Below are positions 63,531 to 64,000 of a stretch of 64,000 bases of DNA, piece by piece. Both the position numbers and the translations under genes were made by a program. The stretch comes from Mobula birostris (taxonomy: Eukaryota), in NCBI RefSeq assembly GCF_030028105.1, contig NC_092378.1, forward strand, positions 109,481,731-109,545,730, in the 5' to 3' direction. The notes beneath the pieces are model-generated. The model had not been told where the DNA came from and did not search any database. It saw only the letters and a list, made by a program, of their open reading frames with translations. Positions within the stretch are counted from its first letter, which is position 1. Every line of letters begins with the position of its first letter.

Positions 63531-64000
63531 ATATGAAAAAAAAGAGAATGGGGTCAAGTGAGAGAGAATTGATAGGCATTATGAGGAGGTAGAGTAGGAG
63601 AGAGCAAATGTGGAAGGAGAACTGAAAGAGGGAGAGTAAGAGAGGGGAGGAGCGAGTAGGAGAGGAATGGACAAGGGATGAAATAGACTAATAGGAGAGA
63701 TAGGTGGAATAGCAGGGAGAAGGGAGGGAAAGATGACAAGAATGGGAGAATGATGAATGGGACTGGGGAGTGGAGATGGTAGTAGGAAGGAGAATGTGGG
63801 AGGGAATGAGGTATGGACAACGAGGGTAAAAAAGGGAGAAAGGAAGTAAGAGAGCCAGTGGAGAAAGAGCAGAGAAGATGGAGCAGAAGGTTGGGCAAAA
63901 GAAGGAGGAAAAAGGTTAGAGAAAGAGAAAGGGATTTTCTTGAATGGAGACTGAATGAACAAACACACAAATGACAGGAAAGGCGGGGAGGAAAGAGGAG
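63530..64000. repeat. Purine-rich low-complexity tract
   Basis: Strongly G/A-rich on the plus strand. Confidence 0.85.

Noticed and set aside
1-64000. CRISPR arrays, operons or prokaryotic defence systems
   Set aside because: Sequence is intron-containing vertebrate DNA; the recurring short motif is irregularly dispersed on both strands and tied to PLE ends.

Overview
Repeat-rich vertebrate genomic DNA. The repeat content (CR1, Rex1/Babar-type LINEs, Penelope-like elements, V-SINE-like SINEs) suggests a cartilaginous fish, possibly a ray, but this is inference. Three spliced genes can be reconstructed by hand: (1) the 5' part of a C16orf96/QRICH2-family gene on the minus strand (exons 13087-13563 and 5069-5152); (2) a complete CDIP1 on the plus strand (CpG promoter at about 20.85 kb, four coding exons 31940-44413, 212 aa); (3) a complete POLR3K on the minus strand (three exons 62337-59375, 108 aa). 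Most other ORFs in the track are transposon debris or chance ORFs. The most notable non-genic signal is about 16 dispersed copies of a minimal type-I hammerhead-ribozyme motif (CAGTC-CTGAYGA-AGGG..CCC-GAAAC-GTC-GACTG) carried in the 3' pseudo-LTR of Penelope-like GIY-YIG retroelements. These include a 2.2-kb element with about 640-bp inverted arms and a 14-bp TSD inside a CDIP1 intron, and a 98-nt stand-alone ribozyme insertion with a 13-bp TSD. All core-intact copies I found are intergenic or antisense to the host pre-mRNA, while sense intronic copies are damaged. Two solo LTRs, a Harbinger deletion derivative, a mariner MITE and Tc1 remnants are also present, several of them nested. TE boundaries are approximate unless a TSD is given; family names come from motif recognition, not database searches.
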